DNA of 64,000 nt. It comes from Tortispora ganteri. Its lineage: Eukaryota. The DNA lies in contig PPNB01000002.1 in assembly GCA_003707115.1 (NCBI GenBank), positions 248,001-312,000 of the forward strand, written 5' to 3'. Below, piece after piece: positions 9,614-21,940 of this stretch. The translations under genes and the position numbers were made by a program. Positions within the stretch are counted from its first letter, which is position 1. Each line of letters opens with the position of its first letter. The notes beneath the pieces were generated by a model. The model was not told the origin of the DNA and did no database searches. It saw nothing but the letters and a program-made list of their open reading frames with translations.

Positions 9614-11089
9614 TTACAAGCTATTCTTATTTCCACGACGAGTAGTCTCATAGCGGATCTTTGATCCGAGTAGTTTATTGACCTTGTCGAACATTCCAAA
9701 GGTCTTCTCCTGGACGCTCTTTTCGGCATTGCAGAGATGAACCGCGACATTGTAGACGAAATTCTCCTGCATTTTGGGCGTTTTTCCAAACTCATTCCAC
9801 AGCTCGTTCGCTTGGACGTAATCCAGGTCAGTCAATTCGCTGCCCCACTGGTAGAGGGTGGCTTTACCGGACCACTCCTCCTGGCTAGGATCAGAAGCAG
9901 ATCCTTCGGTCTTATATTTGATGTCAAACAAGGTAGAAGGGTAGTTAGGCTGCGAGCCCAGGTTTCCGTCGACTCTCATTGCTCCATCGCGGTGAAACGG
10001 AGAGTATCCGTTCATCGGACAGTTCACAGGGATCTGATGGTAGTTGGCACCAAGACGATACCTGTGCGTGTCAGGGTACGAGAATAATCGGCTTTGGAGT
10101 ACAGGATCAGCCGATGGCTCAATTCCAGGGACCAAATGAGACGGAGAGAAAGCGGCTTGCTCAATTTCGGCAAAATAGTTAGTAGGATTCTTGTTTAAGG
10201 TCAAGACACCAATTTTGCGTGGAGGGTATCTGTCTTCGGGCCAAAACTTAGTAAGATCAAAGACAGAGTGCTCGAACTGTTCGGCCTGCTCCTGCGTCAT
10301 TGTTTGGACGTACACGTCCCATTGAGGGTAGTCTTTGCGCTCGATGGCGTTGAACAGATCAGCAGTAGCATAGTCAGGATCGCATACAGCCGCCTGGTCA
10401 TTGGTCATGTTGTGGTTTCCTTGTCGCGACTTGAAAACCCACTGGACGTAGATCCAAGATCCGTCACGCTTTGTGAACTTGTAGGTGTGGCCAGACCAGC
10501 CGTCCATTTTACGGAACCCATCAGGGGTGCCGCGATCCGAGAACAAGATCATGACCTGGTTGATACACTCCTGGTTAGAAGAGAGGTAGTCCCAAAACAT
10601 AGTTGCATCCTTGAGGTTAGTTTGAGGGTTTCTCTTTTGAGTGTGGATGAATACAGGGAATTTAGAGGGATCACGAATGAAGAACACAGGGGTATTATTC
10701 ATGACCCAGTCACAGTTGCCCTCTTCTGTGTAAAAGCGAAGCGCAAATCCACGGGGATCGCGAGCACAATCGGAAGTACCGCGTTCTCCACCTACAGTGG
10801 AGAATCGCAATAGAGTCTTGACCTTATAGCCGGGCTTTTGCGTGAGGAAGTGGGCATCAGTGAGATCAGGAATGGGATTAGTAAGTTCGAACTCACCAAA
10901 GGCACCAGCGCCATTAGCGTGAACCACGCGTTCAGGTATGCGTTCGCGATCGAAATGGGCAAGAAGGTCAATCATTGCAGAGTCTTGTAGCAGCAACGGA
11001 CCATGTTTGCCAATGCGCTGACTAGCGAGTGGGTCCATCACAGGACAACCATGGGAAGTAGTGTAGTACAGTTTTCTTGACTCAGACAT
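9614..11089 (-). CDS. Monofunctional small-subunit heme catalase
   Basis: FDRERIPERVVHA, RFSTVGGE, RLFSYPDTHR (proximal Tyr). Confidence 0.97.
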   Translation of the reverse strand: MSESRKLYYTTSHGCPVMDPLASQRIGKHGPLLLQDSAMIDLLAHFDRERIPERVVHANGAGAFGEFELTNPIPDLTDAHFLTQKPGYKVKTLLRFSTVGGERGTSDCARDPRGFALRFYTEEGNCDWVMNNTPVFFIRDPSKFPVFIHTQKRNPQTNLKDATMFWDYLSSNQECINQVMILFSDRGTPDGFRKMDGWSGHTYKFTKRDGSWIYVQWVFKSRQGNHNMTNDQAAVCDPDYATADLFNAIERKDYPQWDVYVQTMTQEQAEQFEHSVFDLTKFWPEDRYPPRKIGVLTLNKNPTNYFAEIEQAAFSPSHLVPGIEPSADPVLQSRLFSYPDTHRYRLGANYHQIPVNCPMNGYSPFHRDGAMRVDGNLGSQPNYPSTLFDIKYKTEGSASDPSQEEWSGKATLYQWGSELTDLDYVQANELWNEFGKTPKMQENFVYNVAVHLCNAEKSVQEKTFGMFDKVNKLLGSKIRYETTRRGNKNSL

Positions 11090-11773
11090 TTTTAAAGTAA
11101 CTGCTGACCCAATAGGAAACAGAGCAAAAGTATTGTATTAAAATAACCAAGTAGATTGTGCGATCTGCGGGGATCTCATTTCAATTTATACTTGAAATCT
11201 AGCAAGTCGCATTGAGTTTATCGACTGAGTGGGTATGCGAACTCTAACAAGTTCGGTTTTGACCTTATTTTTCAGGTGTACCATGATTGGCTGAATCACT
11301 AAGGATTAGCTTAATGACGTATGCTGTTAAGCTTCGGTTTAATGTCTAGATAGGGCAACAGTTAGCGCTTAAGGCGCAAAAAGTAAGTAAGGAGGGGGGA
11401 ACATAATAATAGGAAAGTGGTAGCATCTAGACCAAAACACGATTTGTAAGCAGGCTTTTCTGGAGGCAATCCAGGTAGTGTAGTGTATCGATTAAGTTTT
11501 GAGAAGCTAAAATTACGATTGTCCAGGCGACGTAAACGAGAGTATACAAACTAGAGAGAGACCATATGGGGAAGTCTTGATTGAACATAAAGGCAACCTC
11601 AAAGGTACGATCAGGTATGTCACGTGTAGGCGGGTTTGGACTGAATGAGTTCAGGTAAAAGGCGGCAAGTAAATAGACATTATTAAAGAGTCATAGCAGA
11701 AGATATAACAAACCAAAAGAGAGTTTAGGTGCGGTTCTGAAGGAGTCGTGATAATAGTGGTGATAGTTTAGTA

Positions 11774-11808
11774 GTGCGTGTGGCATGTGCGTGTGCGTGT
11801 GCATGTGC
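11774..11808. repeat. Imperfect (TGCGTG)n alternating purine-pyrimidine tract
   Basis: gtgcgtgtggcatgtgcgtgtgcgtgtgcatgtgc downstream of ARL1. Confidence 0.6.
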
Positions 11809-11859
11809 CAGCAATTGGGGTTTAGCAGTATGTGTCGCTGATCGTAATGACAAACTGAC

Positions 11860-12458
11860 TTATTGCTCAGCAACGACATCGACAAGCCAGTCCAGACCTT
11901 CGTTCAGACCATCTCCACTTATAGCAGAACAAGCTATGACATTCCAGCTTCTATCTGAAATAGACGCTAGGTCTAAGGCTTCACTGACCTGCGGCCCGCT
12001 CATGGCGTTAGGTTGGTCTTGCTTATTGGCGAACACAAGAAGTGCGGCATCTCGCAGCTCTTCTTCATCAAGCATAGCCTTCAGCTCTTCTGCTGCTGTT
12101 TCTATTCGGTCACGGTCTGTCGCGTCGACGACAAATATTACAGCTGAAGTGTCAGAATAGTAGCAGCGCCAGTATGGCCGAATGCTGGTCTGTCCTCCGA
12201 GATCCCACACGTTGAATTTTAAGTTGCGATATGTCAGTGTTTCTACATTAAAACCTATAGTGGGCACAGTCGATACTACTTCGCCTATCTGGAGACGGTA
12301 TAAGATTGTTGTTTTTCCTGCACCATCCAGTCCCAGAATCAGTATGCGAGTCTCCTTGTTTGAGTTCCATAGTCGGCTGAACAGTTTTCCTAGTGCTTGA
12401 CCTATAATCACAGTTAGTCTACGACCTGATCGATACAATTTCGTAAACACTTACCCAT
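11860..12458 (-). CDS. ARL1: ARF-like GTPase Arl1, 2 exons: 12458-12455 and 12401-11860
   Basis: [30 protein letters not shown]. Removing intron 12454-12402 (GTAAGT..ACTAAC..TAG) gives MGQALGKLF with the myristoylation Gly2. Confidence 0.95.
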
Positions 12459-12658
12459 TATTTATAGTCTGCGGATGTACTTAGTGGTGTTCTTTGAGTC
12501 AAGTTGTAGGTGGCACAATGCTGTGTGAGAAAGCCTTTGGTGGATGAGTTTGCCTGCTGTGGGCTGCCCTTTGGGAGCAACCAAGTGCGGCTAGGGTGTA
12601 GTTTTTCAGTAAGCCCTAACAGAATACGCTACAAAAGATTAACAAGTAAAACAAAACA

Positions 12659-13441
12659 CTAGTTATTGTCAGTATGCCCCATGGCCTTGTTGTAAACATG
12701 TGACATCCATTTCGATGCGCGATCAAACGCTGCCTGAGGCGAGTCAAGTGCGGGCCGCACGTCTAGAAAGAACGTCGGTCCCGTAGGTTCGTCCGGCCCT
12801 GAATAGTAATCAATAACGTATCGCACCTCCTTGTCAGTATTATTCGGACCTTTTCTGATAACTGTCCAGTCGTGGCGGTCAAACGGCGGAGGCGTCGCCA
12901 TGCTCTCGGGCAATACCTTTGCAGCATACTGTAGCATCCGAGCTCGCGGGCTCAGATCACCTGGGCGGCCAGTAAACCGCACAAGCCGTGGTTCTACATT
13001 GCTCTCGTGCGTGTACTTACTCTCCCACTCTCTGATCTGCTGCCATGCGCCCTCGTTCAGCATGTTGTGCACATACACCATAGATTCCACGTCCTCTTCG
13101 GGTGTGTCCTGTGGCGTCCCGCCCTTGCGCAGCAAAGCATTGTACATCTGCTGCGGTGACGGATACTCCCACTTACCCTCTGAACTACTTTTACCACGTG
13201 GAATAGACGACTCAGTTTTCTCTGTTGGCAGGTTAAGTCTTTGACCTGGTACTCTGCCTGTCGCTGAAAGCACCGGCATATTGTTGTCGCGGTTGAATTT
13301 GCCCACAGGACATGCAGCAGGCTTGCTCAAAGCAGCTGCGCCGCTGTCTCCAAATTGCCCATGGTCTACAGGACACTTAGCCGCATTGTTTTTGCCAACA
13401 TCTTTAGGTATACTTGACGCATCACTCCAGAACCATCCCAT
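12659..13441 (-). CDS. CYC3: Cytochrome c heme lyase (holocytochrome c synthase)
   Basis: MGWFW start, two CPV heme-regulatory motifs, WEYPSPQQMYNA, PFDRHDW, RYVIDYY, LDVRPALD. Confidence 0.92.
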   Translation of the reverse strand: MGWFWSDASSIPKDVGKNNAAKCPVDHGQFGDSGAAALSKPAACPVGKFNRDNNMPVLSATGRVPGQRLNLPTEKTESSIPRGKSSSEGKWEYPSPQQMYNALLRKGGTPQDTPEEDVESMVYVHNMLNEGAWQQIREWESKYTHESNVEPRLVRFTGRPGDLSPRARMLQYAAKVLPESMATPPPFDRHDWTVIRKGPNNTDKEVRYVIDYYSGPDEPTGPTFFLDVRPALDSPQAAFDRASKWMSHVYNKAMGHTDNN

Positions 13442-13810
13442 ATTGCCGTTTCGTATGAGTAAGTGTTGTGGGAGAAAACTGATTTGGGAGCGAACACTCT
13501 TTTATTCTTTTAGCTTGCAAACGCACTAGGCCTCGTTCTTCCGTATTTGAAGCAGATACAATCTTTTATCTTAACTAAATATTTAAAGCATTTGGAAGTA
13601 GTAGTAGCAGCTGCTATATGTAGGTATATGCATGCTCTAAGGCGATCCGGGCCCTTGCGGATCGCTGGCAATTGTCCTATCAAATAGCCCACAATATGTG
13701 TCATGTACGAAAGTGGAAAACTCCCAGCGCCTATGATTGGCTGAAAAGTTTCTCGAGGACCCTTTTTCGTTCTTTTTTTTCCATTGGCGGATAGGGTCTA
13801 TTATATTCGG

Positions 13811-13816
13811 TGACTC
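13811..13816 (+). promoter_or_regulatory. Gcn4-type site (TGACTC) upstream of ARO4
   Basis: TGACTC about 115 bp upstream of an amino-acid biosynthesis gene. Confidence 0.4.
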
Positions 13817-13925
13817 TTACATTTTATCTACTTTTCACATACACATCTTTTTGTTAGTTTAGATTCCAGTCGTACTGCAAGAGCTCCCCGAATCATTGTT
13901 ACGAAGAAAAAACTCTTAACTGTGA

Positions 13926-15074
<1,149 letters not shown>

Positions 15075-15098
15075 TTTTTTATTTATTTCTCAGAGATT

Positions 15099-15815
15099 TT
15101 AAATTTTCTCTAATTCATGAAGATATTCCTGAGCTCTTTTGCTGATTGATGCAAATTCGACATTCGTATTCTGTGTATCCTTAGGTGATAGATCGACTCC
15201 ATGGCGGATGGGTACGGTCGGGTTCTCTAGCAGCTGCGCATAGTAAGCGGCAATATCATATGCAGTCTGCGCTGTAGTCATTATTGTATCCGGGATGACG
15301 ATTCCGGAGAGCTGCTGGGCACGTAGCCCTAAATTAAATCGCAAGTTGAAGTCAAGCTTCAGTTCAACGCCACTCAAATAGCTCGTCATATCGTCTATGG
15401 CCGTAGTTTCATTTAAAATTGTGACCTTTGAGGTTTCGTAAACGTCTGGACCCATTTCGCCGTCTAGAAATGCTAAATCTCTGGTTCCCTGTGCAGAAAG
15501 ACAAGATATATATACAGCTTTTATAGCATCGTCTGGCGATGATACTAAGACTTCCGAAGGCATCCATCGCTGTATTTGAAGTTTAGGAGAATTAGCCCAT
15601 TCTCTTTGAGCTTTTATTTTACGCCACTCTTCTTTTTTGTATCCGATGACAGGTAAATCCAAATCGTCGTAATCGTCATCGGCCGGTTTGACGGTTTCGG
15701 ACGTCGGAAGAGCCGACGGTTTCCAAAAGCTCGTCATCTTTTGCATAGTAGAAGACCAGTCAGGTCTTATTACAGCACTGTGAAACAGCCGCCTAGATAA
15801 TATCGTACGTAACAT
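15099..15815 (-). CDS. Probable mitochondrial ribosomal protein mL50
   Basis: Mitochondrial-type presequence; LRFNLGLRAQQLSGIVIPD...TAYDI resembles the Ribosomal_L50 domain. Confidence 0.6.
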   Translation of the reverse strand: MLRTILSRRLFHSAVIRPDWSSTMQKMTSFWKPSALPTSETVKPADDDYDDLDLPVIGYKKEEWRKIKAQREWANSPKLQIQRWMPSEVLVSSPDDAIKAVYISCLSAQGTRDLAFLDGEMGPDVYETSKVTILNETTAIDDMTSYLSGVELKLDFNLRFNLGLRAQQLSGIVIPDTIMTTAQTAYDIAAYYAQLLENPTVPIRHGVDLSPKDTQNTNVEFASISKRAQEYLHELEKI

Positions 15816-16523
15816 CCTTGGAAGAAAAATGTGCTTGATGGTGGGTGGTAAGAAAAGGTCAACTAAGTTTTTTTTTTTCTTTTGAGCTACAAGAGAACAA
15901 AATGTTACTGTTTCGATGAATATTGGTTTATGATATTTGGTAATTTTGCAAAAGAAATGGCATTTGATTTCATATTTGCAACAAACTGAAAAGAAAAAAT
16001 TCGCCGTTTATTGCATTACAAAACTACAAAATCTCGTAACTGTACATAATAACATAAGACCAAAATACATGATATGTACGCAACATGGTTTTACCCAACG
16101 TGAATTAGCCAGAGCTCCACGAACGTTTAGGAATATGTTGCTGGAACCGAATCAATAATCTCTTCTATTCTTCTTCAAAAGTAGAACAAAAAGAGTATTA
16201 ACTCAAGGCCCCTTGCTCTGCGATCCGCCAACTAGACCTGCATCATACTTTGTAAAGCAGCCTGCTACACCGTAATTAAACAGGACCAGGCTTCAGCATT
16301 CTTATTGTTGGGCCATTTAAATTTCGAAAAAAAACACTACTGGCAAAATACAAGAAGTATCTGCTAGCAATGTTATTTCTACTCTTCACTGGATCGCTAG
16401 ACAAGAAAAAATAAGGAAAGAAATTTGCTAGTAAACTCTACTTGCGCCGGGTAAGTCTCACTAAGCAACACACCCTCGACAGCTACAAAATTGCTTTCTT
16501 CAAACTCTTCTTCACCGTCCGAT

Positions 16524-17042
16524 ATGGTTCTGCGATTCGGTCTTGGTTCTTTAAGGACCTTTACTTCTTCTACTAGACTTGGTATGGGATACAAGGACGC
16601 ATTCCCCATCTACCCGTACCCCTCACAGCAATGTAAGCGCGCCCAACGAGGACTTTTCGGAGGCGCGAAGACCATCTTCGGATACACCAGGACCAAGTTC
16701 CTTAACAAATCGCCGCGAACCTGGAAGCCGAACATTCAAACAAAGAAACTATGGAGCGAATCGCTGCAGAAACTGATACGACTTAAAGTTACTACCAGAG
16801 TGCTGAAAACTATAGACAAAGAACACGGTCTTGACAACTATCTGCTCAAAGACTCTCCTCGAAGGGTCAAAGAGCTCGGCGAAATGGGCTGGAGACTTCG
16901 TTACCTTGTTCTTTGCGCTAATAACGATATCCCTGTGCATAAGAATGCCAGAAAATGGCTTGAGTCACTGGACGGGCGCAAGAAACCTGAAATTGACCCG
17001 ATAGTCGCTGCTTTGCCTAAAGACCAGAAGATTTATCTGTAA
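16524..17042 (+). CDS. MRPL24: Mitochondrial ribosomal protein bL28m
   Basis: RGLFGG, RTWKPNIQTKKLWSESL, KVTTRVLKTIDKEHGLDNYL. First ATG is at 16524. Confidence 0.88.
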   Translation: MVLRFGLGSLRTFTSSTRLGMGYKDAFPIYPYPSQQCKRAQRGLFGGAKTIFGYTRTKFLNKSPRTWKPNIQTKKLWSESLQKLIRLKVTTRVLKTIDKEHGLDNYLLKDSPRRVKELGEMGWRLRYLVLCANNDIPVHKNARKWLESLDGRKKPEIDPIVAALPKDQKIYL

Positions 17043-17103
17043 CTTACGAAAAACTCCATTGCAGTAGCTTTTATGACACATCCTCATGCTTTATTTATGA
17101 CTA

Positions 17104-18927
17104 TTATAACAAGTAAGTTCCATGCAGTCTGATGCCCGGAACCACTGCTCGAATATCTAAATTGGTAGATAAAATCTGCACAGGGAATCTGCATACAAAT
17201 TTAGATGCTCTAACGGCCTCTGTCAGACAAAGCGTCTTCTCGTTTTCATTCTCATGAAATACTGAAGACAGAACTGATCCTTGTGCATCTTCCTCAATAA
17301 CAAATGTAATCTTAACTGCCCACTGATACGTCACTTCTTCTGTTCGGAAGCTAGGAACTGCTCCAGGCGGAACCACAAACGAAAATCCTATAAACGTTTG
17401 TCCATAAGTTATACTGCTTTGTTCACATGCAACAACTGTAGTTAAACGACTTATCTCGTCAGCTGACTTTAATGCAATGCTTTCATTCACTAACTCACTA
17501 GTCTCCAAGGCCGCTGAAATATGGACACAGTTCTGAGTGCTGTTGTGCATGTCAATATTTAGAAATATCCTATCTCCAAGACGGTAGAATTGTCTGTGAA
17601 GATTAACAGCAGCCACAAACCCATGCTTCCACGATACGTTAAATATCTTTGGCTTGTTAGCAGCAGATTGTCGCACTAAGTAGTCGATAGCATCGCGACT
17701 CGACAACTTGGAGTACATTTCTTCTGCGTCACTAAATGAGCCAGAGCTTACCAGCGGCGACGAAATACTAGCGCGCCGACTCTGGCTGTCCGTGTGAATA
17801 ATATCTTTCATGAATTCGTAAAAATCTTCCCGCGACTCCTGCAGGCCTGCGCCAGACGATAATCTTCTTCGCATCTCTATTTTTTTCTCAACAATCTTCT
17901 CAAAGCCTTGCCCAGTAACCGGTCGAACCACCGCCTCGTCGCGAAGTATAGTAATAGGGTCCGTAAGTGAGTGGAGGCCCAGCTGAGGTTTTATTGTGAC
18001 TTTAGGGTAGATCCTGAAAGGTATAGTCAATGTGCTCGGTATAGGCACGCCGCCCGAGTGGCATTGAATTCCTATTATTAGCTTGTAAGCAAACTTGAAG
18101 GCAGTTCCGCGGCACGTAGGCGGCAGTTCAGAAGGCAGCGTCATAGAGTACGAGTAGCTGCGCTGTTCTCCTGGCATCAAATTTAAATCAACAAACAACA
18201 CCGACTGAGGAGTAGAAAATAAAGGTATGGTATCACCAGCACTTGTCGCGTCCTGTGTATCCGCCAAGGAGGATAGCTCTGTCTGGCCGAAGAGGGAAGA
18301 CTTCAGGTTGAAGTTGAAGAATCCAAAATGAGAATTATTAGAATACTTTCCGACTCCTATTACTCCGCCTGCAGTAGAACCTAAGACTATTTTGGAATGT
18401 TTTGCATTCTCAAATATAGCAGTGTTTATTAGAGATGCATTAGGCTCAAACTCGCCCAGAAGTTGAACATAGCCCATAAGTAGCGATTTGCTTCCTGTCT
18501 CTGAGTTAGGACGACGCAATGAGGCGTTTCTAAATAGTTTGCTTTTGTCTGCTTCCTTTGATACGACCGGCGCACTCAGCGGAGCTTCATCCGTTTCGAA
18601 TACAGTGCCGGAAAGAGGGTCTATGTGCAGTCGGTCCAGAGATGGCGGACTCGCCCTTTCGGTAGACGGAGTATATAGCTCAAAGCTGATCTTTTCGGAT
18701 AAACCAAATTCGCCTATTTCTTTTAAATCAGGATCAAGTCCTTTCTTTAACGTCTGTAGCGACTCTTTCGCAGCGCCAAGTGAAGGCGCGATATCATCAG
18801 GCTTGGGCTTCGTCCGGTTGGAGAACGTGATCTCCAATTGCAGCTCTTCTCCGGCAAATACAGCAGGATCGGCAAGCTTAACGTCAATAACGACGCCAGA
18901 GTGCAGCTCGTGCTGTAGCTGCGACAT
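17104..18927 (-). CDS. RGP1: Rgp1 subunit of the Ric1-Rgp1 Rab6/Ypt6 GEF
   Basis: VFAGEEL, LLMGYVQLLG, PLFSTPQSVLFVDLNL..GEQRSY, LPPT..G. Confidence 0.82.
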   Translation of the reverse strand: MSQLQHELHSGVVIDVKLADPAVFAGEELQLEITFSNRTKPKPDDIAPSLGAAKESLQTLKKGLDPDLKEIGEFGLSEKISFELYTPSTERASPPSLDRLHIDPLSGTVFETDEAPLSAPVVSKEADKSKLFRNASLRRPNSETGSKSLLMGYVQLLGEFEPNASLINTAIFENAKHSKIVLGSTAGGVIGVGKYSNNSHFGFFNFNLKSSLFGQTELSSLADTQDATSAGDTIPLFSTPQSVLFVDLNLMPGEQRSYSYSMTLPSELPPTCRGTAFKFAYKLIIGIQCHSGGVPIPSTLTIPFRIYPKVTIKPQLGLHSLTDPITILRDEAVVRPVTGQGFEKIVEKKIEMRRRLSSGAGLQESREDFYEFMKDIIHTDSQSRRASISSPLVSSGSFSDAEEMYSKLSSRDAIDYLVRQSAANKPKIFNVSWKHGFVAAVNLHRQFYRLGDRIFLNIDMHNSTQNCVHISAALETSELVNESIALKSADEISRLTTVVACEQSSITYGQTFIGFSFVVPPGAVPSFRTEEVTYQWAVKITFVIEEDAQGSVLSSVFHENENEKTLCLTEAVRASKFVCRFPVQILSTNLDIRAVVPGIRLHGTYLL

Positions 18928-19268
18928 AAGCAGATTGTGCTGCGGTTGTCTCCCCTTTGTTCAAAGTAGAAGTCGATTTTCGATCGATCGCGCATAGACG
19001 CCCGTTCGGGTACATGAAATTATCAGGTTAGGGTTCAAACAATTCGTTTCTCAGCGGCCATTATGCGGTGTCGTAAGTATAACATACAATAAATAAATCT
19101 TATGTCTTGTCTATAAAGACAAAAAGAGTTGATAGAGACGAGAGTATGGAGGTAATCATATGGTGTGGTGGAAAATGAGCAGTACTTTTCTTGTATCCGA
19201 GATCTGCGGGGAACGCGAACATACAGTCCTGAAACAACCAGTAGGTCGTTCTTATCCTTCGCCAAAAA

Positions 19269-21776
19269 TTACAAGCTGTTCTCTTTATTGTGTTTTCGCA
19301 CCATATCACATATTCTAGTCAGTATTTCGGAGTCAGAGTAGCCCGGGAGCACAGATTTTGTGACGTCTAGCTCATGTCGCACATTAGCGAGGGTATCTGA
19401 GTCGTTTGTAAGTGTAGAGATCGTTTGACGTTCGACAAAACGACGAAACATTTGGAGTTCAGTGCATAGACGTTTGGATGCCTGGGAGAAAGACACCGGC
19501 GAAGAGCTATGCAAGATATGCGAACCGTTGAGGGGCTGAGGCGTCAACACATTGGACGGTTTCACTGGAGGTACCCGGTCTGGTGTACGAGGGGGACTGC
19601 GCTGTGGAGAAACGTTTTCATGCAACTTCTGACGTGCTCTCCCTTTCGGAGATGTTGGGTTAGACCTAGGAAGTGTTCCAGACTGAAAGTTGCGCACAGG
19701 ACTCGTTGTTCTTGATGTCCGTTCGCCGCGGTTCATAAATATTCTTCGTGGAGATGACGATACAATGACATCTGATTCGGACAATTTCGGCCCAAGCTTC
19801 CAAGATATTAGCGTACCGTCAGCACCGCTGCTGTAAAATTCGTTATTATTAGAAGGGCACTTTACCAAACCAGTAACTCCTCCAGTGTGGCCGAACGCGC
19901 TAGCAAGTGACTGACCTGTTGCTATTGAGAATGTTTTAATGCTTTTGTCACTCGCCAATCCGACAATGCACTGCAAACGGGTCTCATTGTCAGCAGGGTC
20001 AATTATTGTTGAGAAAGATATCTTGTCGACACTTAGACTTTCGCCGTTTTCATCAGTAAGTTTTTGGTGCTGCTCTACTTCACCGTTCTCTGTATCGATA
20101 CGCCAAAAGTACTTGTCTAAGGTACTGACAAGTAACGTTGAGCTATTAACAGAAAAATCAATAGGCGAACTTTTCAAATTGACAATTTTGCGGATTATAA
20201 ATTTACCAGAGTCATATTCATGTATCGCGACAGATCTGTCTATTGATGAAGAGATCAATTGGAAGTCAGATGTGAATGTTACTTTCATTACAGACCCGTG
20301 ATGTGTGTCTAGAGATTGAGCGAGATTCAATTCGTGAGAATCGTTATCAATAAAAATCTGAATTATCCTGTCGCGGCCAGAGCTGACTATATAGCGTTTA
20401 TATTCATGATATGCGAAAGCTAACGATGTGATTTCCGACTCATGAGCGATAGTTGTTTTTGTCTCATTATCCCCATAGCGAATGATGGTTCCGTCTGATG
20501 TGCCAATATATATAACTAGCGTATCAGATACGACAGCAGAAGAGGCGCTAGCGACACTAGGAACGACAAAAGATTTCAACGGAGTCAATGAAGAGTTGCA
20601 AACCATAATATGACCTTTCGCGTTCCACATATAGAGATTGGTACCAACAGGTATTATTCCAGATATAGGATGCGTTTCTGTGAGTGTATCTGAGTCTGAA
20701 GATATGGAAGAATGGAGTGTCGAGAAATCGAAAAGTGCGATTCTGTCCGACTGTAATGCGATTATCTTAGAGTCGTTCGCAGCGAAGAGAATGCATTTCG
20801 AGATACCTTGATAATTGTCATCAGTGAGGCGTTCTACTTTTTCACATTTCTGGTCACGCAGCGTTACTAAACTGAGCGAATGTCCACTGGAGAGTACAAT
20901 GAGTGTCCCGTCGGAATTTGCACAGAAAGTATCCACTGTAGAGCTAGACTGTGCTGATGCGATATGGGTGAGTAACGGCAGGCCATCTGAATTACTTATT
21001 AGAAGTATTTCTCCTTTAGAAGTGCTAACGGCAAACGTTTGATCATCTATAATAGCCATTTGCGTGAAGCATGCATCCGAGAAGTCGCCTAGAATTACGT
21101 TCCTGCCTGTAAGTAGATGCGAACCAACATCAGAGGAAACGGCGGTGTCAGTTTTCCAGATACGTATATGACGCAGACCAACAGTAGCGATTCTAGAGCC
21201 AAACCAGGCCATATCATGTACAGTAGATATACAGCGATTTGTGGAAAAAATTGCCGGATTAGATGGGTCAGAGACGTCCCAGACGTATATGAATCCATCA
21301 TTGGCGGTGCCCAAAGTCGCCAGATACTTGCCACAGGGCGAGAAGGCCAAATATTTGATACCAAATGAATGCGCGAGAATAAAGGAAACAGGTTTTGAAT
21401 TAGACTGGTCGATGCAGAACAACAGTACGCGCGGCTGAAAACCAGACTCGCCAATAGCAACAAGGGTGCCATTTGTAGAGACGGCAGTAGCTAGTTTCGC
21501 ACGATCTCGTAACAGCGATTTTGCATCACGTGAATTCGGGCTTATAGCTGCAGATTTAGCAGTGGGAGATGCTGGAGCTAGCGTAGAGATAGAATTGACA
21601 TTCTCGACGTCGGTGGCAGAGAAGAAAGTTGATTCTCTGGTGTTTATATCTAGAAGCACAGCGCCTGCACCAAACGCGTATATTGCAAGGTTGTTGAAAA
21701 CCATAAACGTAGAGTGATTTTCAGCCGTGCACCCAAATGTTTTATCTGCGATTATTTGCATCGGCGGGTACGACAT
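19269..21776 (-). CDS. WD40-repeat protein, MAPKBP1/WDR62-like
   Basis: AIGESGFQPRV, HSFGIKYLAFSPCGKYLATLG, VGLRHIRIW, TGRNVILG, SSGRDR; Ser/Pro-rich tail. Confidence 0.75.
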   Translation of the reverse strand: MSYPPMQIIADKTFGCTAENHSTFMVFNNLAIYAFGAGAVLLDINTRESTFFSATDVENVNSISTLAPASPTAKSAAISPNSRDAKSLLRDRAKLATAVSTNGTLVAIGESGFQPRVLLFCIDQSNSKPVSFILAHSFGIKYLAFSPCGKYLATLGTANDGFIYVWDVSDPSNPAIFSTNRCISTVHDMAWFGSRIATVGLRHIRIWKTDTAVSSDVGSHLLTGRNVILGDFSDACFTQMAIIDDQTFAVSTSKGEILLISNSDGLPLLTHIASAQSSSTVDTFCANSDGTLIVLSSGHSLSLVTLRDQKCEKVERLTDDNYQGISKCILFAANDSKIIALQSDRIALFDFSTLHSSISSDSDTLTETHPISGIIPVGTNLYMWNAKGHIMVCNSSLTPLKSFVVPSVASASSAVVSDTLVIYIGTSDGTIIRYGDNETKTTIAHESEITSLAFAYHEYKRYIVSSGRDRIIQIFIDNDSHELNLAQSLDTHHGSVMKVTFTSDFQLISSSIDRSVAIHEYDSGKFIIRKIVNLKSSPIDFSVNSSTLLVSTLDKYFWRIDTENGEVEQHQKLTDENGESLSVDKISFSTIIDPADNETRLQCIVGLASDKSIKTFSIATGQSLASAFGHTGGVTGLVKCPSNNNEFYSSGADGTLISWKLGPKLSESDVIVSSSPRRIFMNRGERTSRTTSPVRNFQSGTLPRSNPTSPKGRARQKLHENVSPQRSPPRTPDRVPPVKPSNVLTPQPLNGSHILHSSSPVSFSQASKRLCTELQMFRRFVERQTISTLTNDSDTLANVRHELDVTKSVLPGYSDSEILTRICDMVRKHNKENSL

Positions 21777-21809
21777 GGTTTAAAAATCGCCAATTGAATA
21801 AAGATTCGA

Positions 21810-21911
21810 ACGCGTTTTGTTTGTTTTAGTTTCTTATGAAATCACGTGACATGATTATCCCAGTAAGATAGCTTACAACTCTTACAGTATATAGCTGATA
21901 TACTGACGTCA
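21810..21911. promoter_or_regulatory. Divergent WD40/RFC1 promoter with MCB (ACGCGT 21810), CACGTG (21843) and TGACGTCA (21904)
   Basis: Exact motif matches; an MCB is expected upstream of a replication gene. Confidence 0.45.
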
Positions 21912-21940
21912 AGCTTCACTATCCTAACGTCGATTAATTG

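Noticed and set aside
9614..9625. Peroxisomal targeting signal on catalase (ends NSL)
   Set aside because: It does not fit the canonical PTS1, so peroxisomal versus cytosolic location was left unassigned.
15816..16520. Possible ncRNA in the 700-bp spacer between two mitoribosomal genes (short inverted repeats such as GCAACAT/ATGTTGC)
   Set aside because: No recognisable snRNA, snoRNA or tRNA signature; the stems are too short to support a call.
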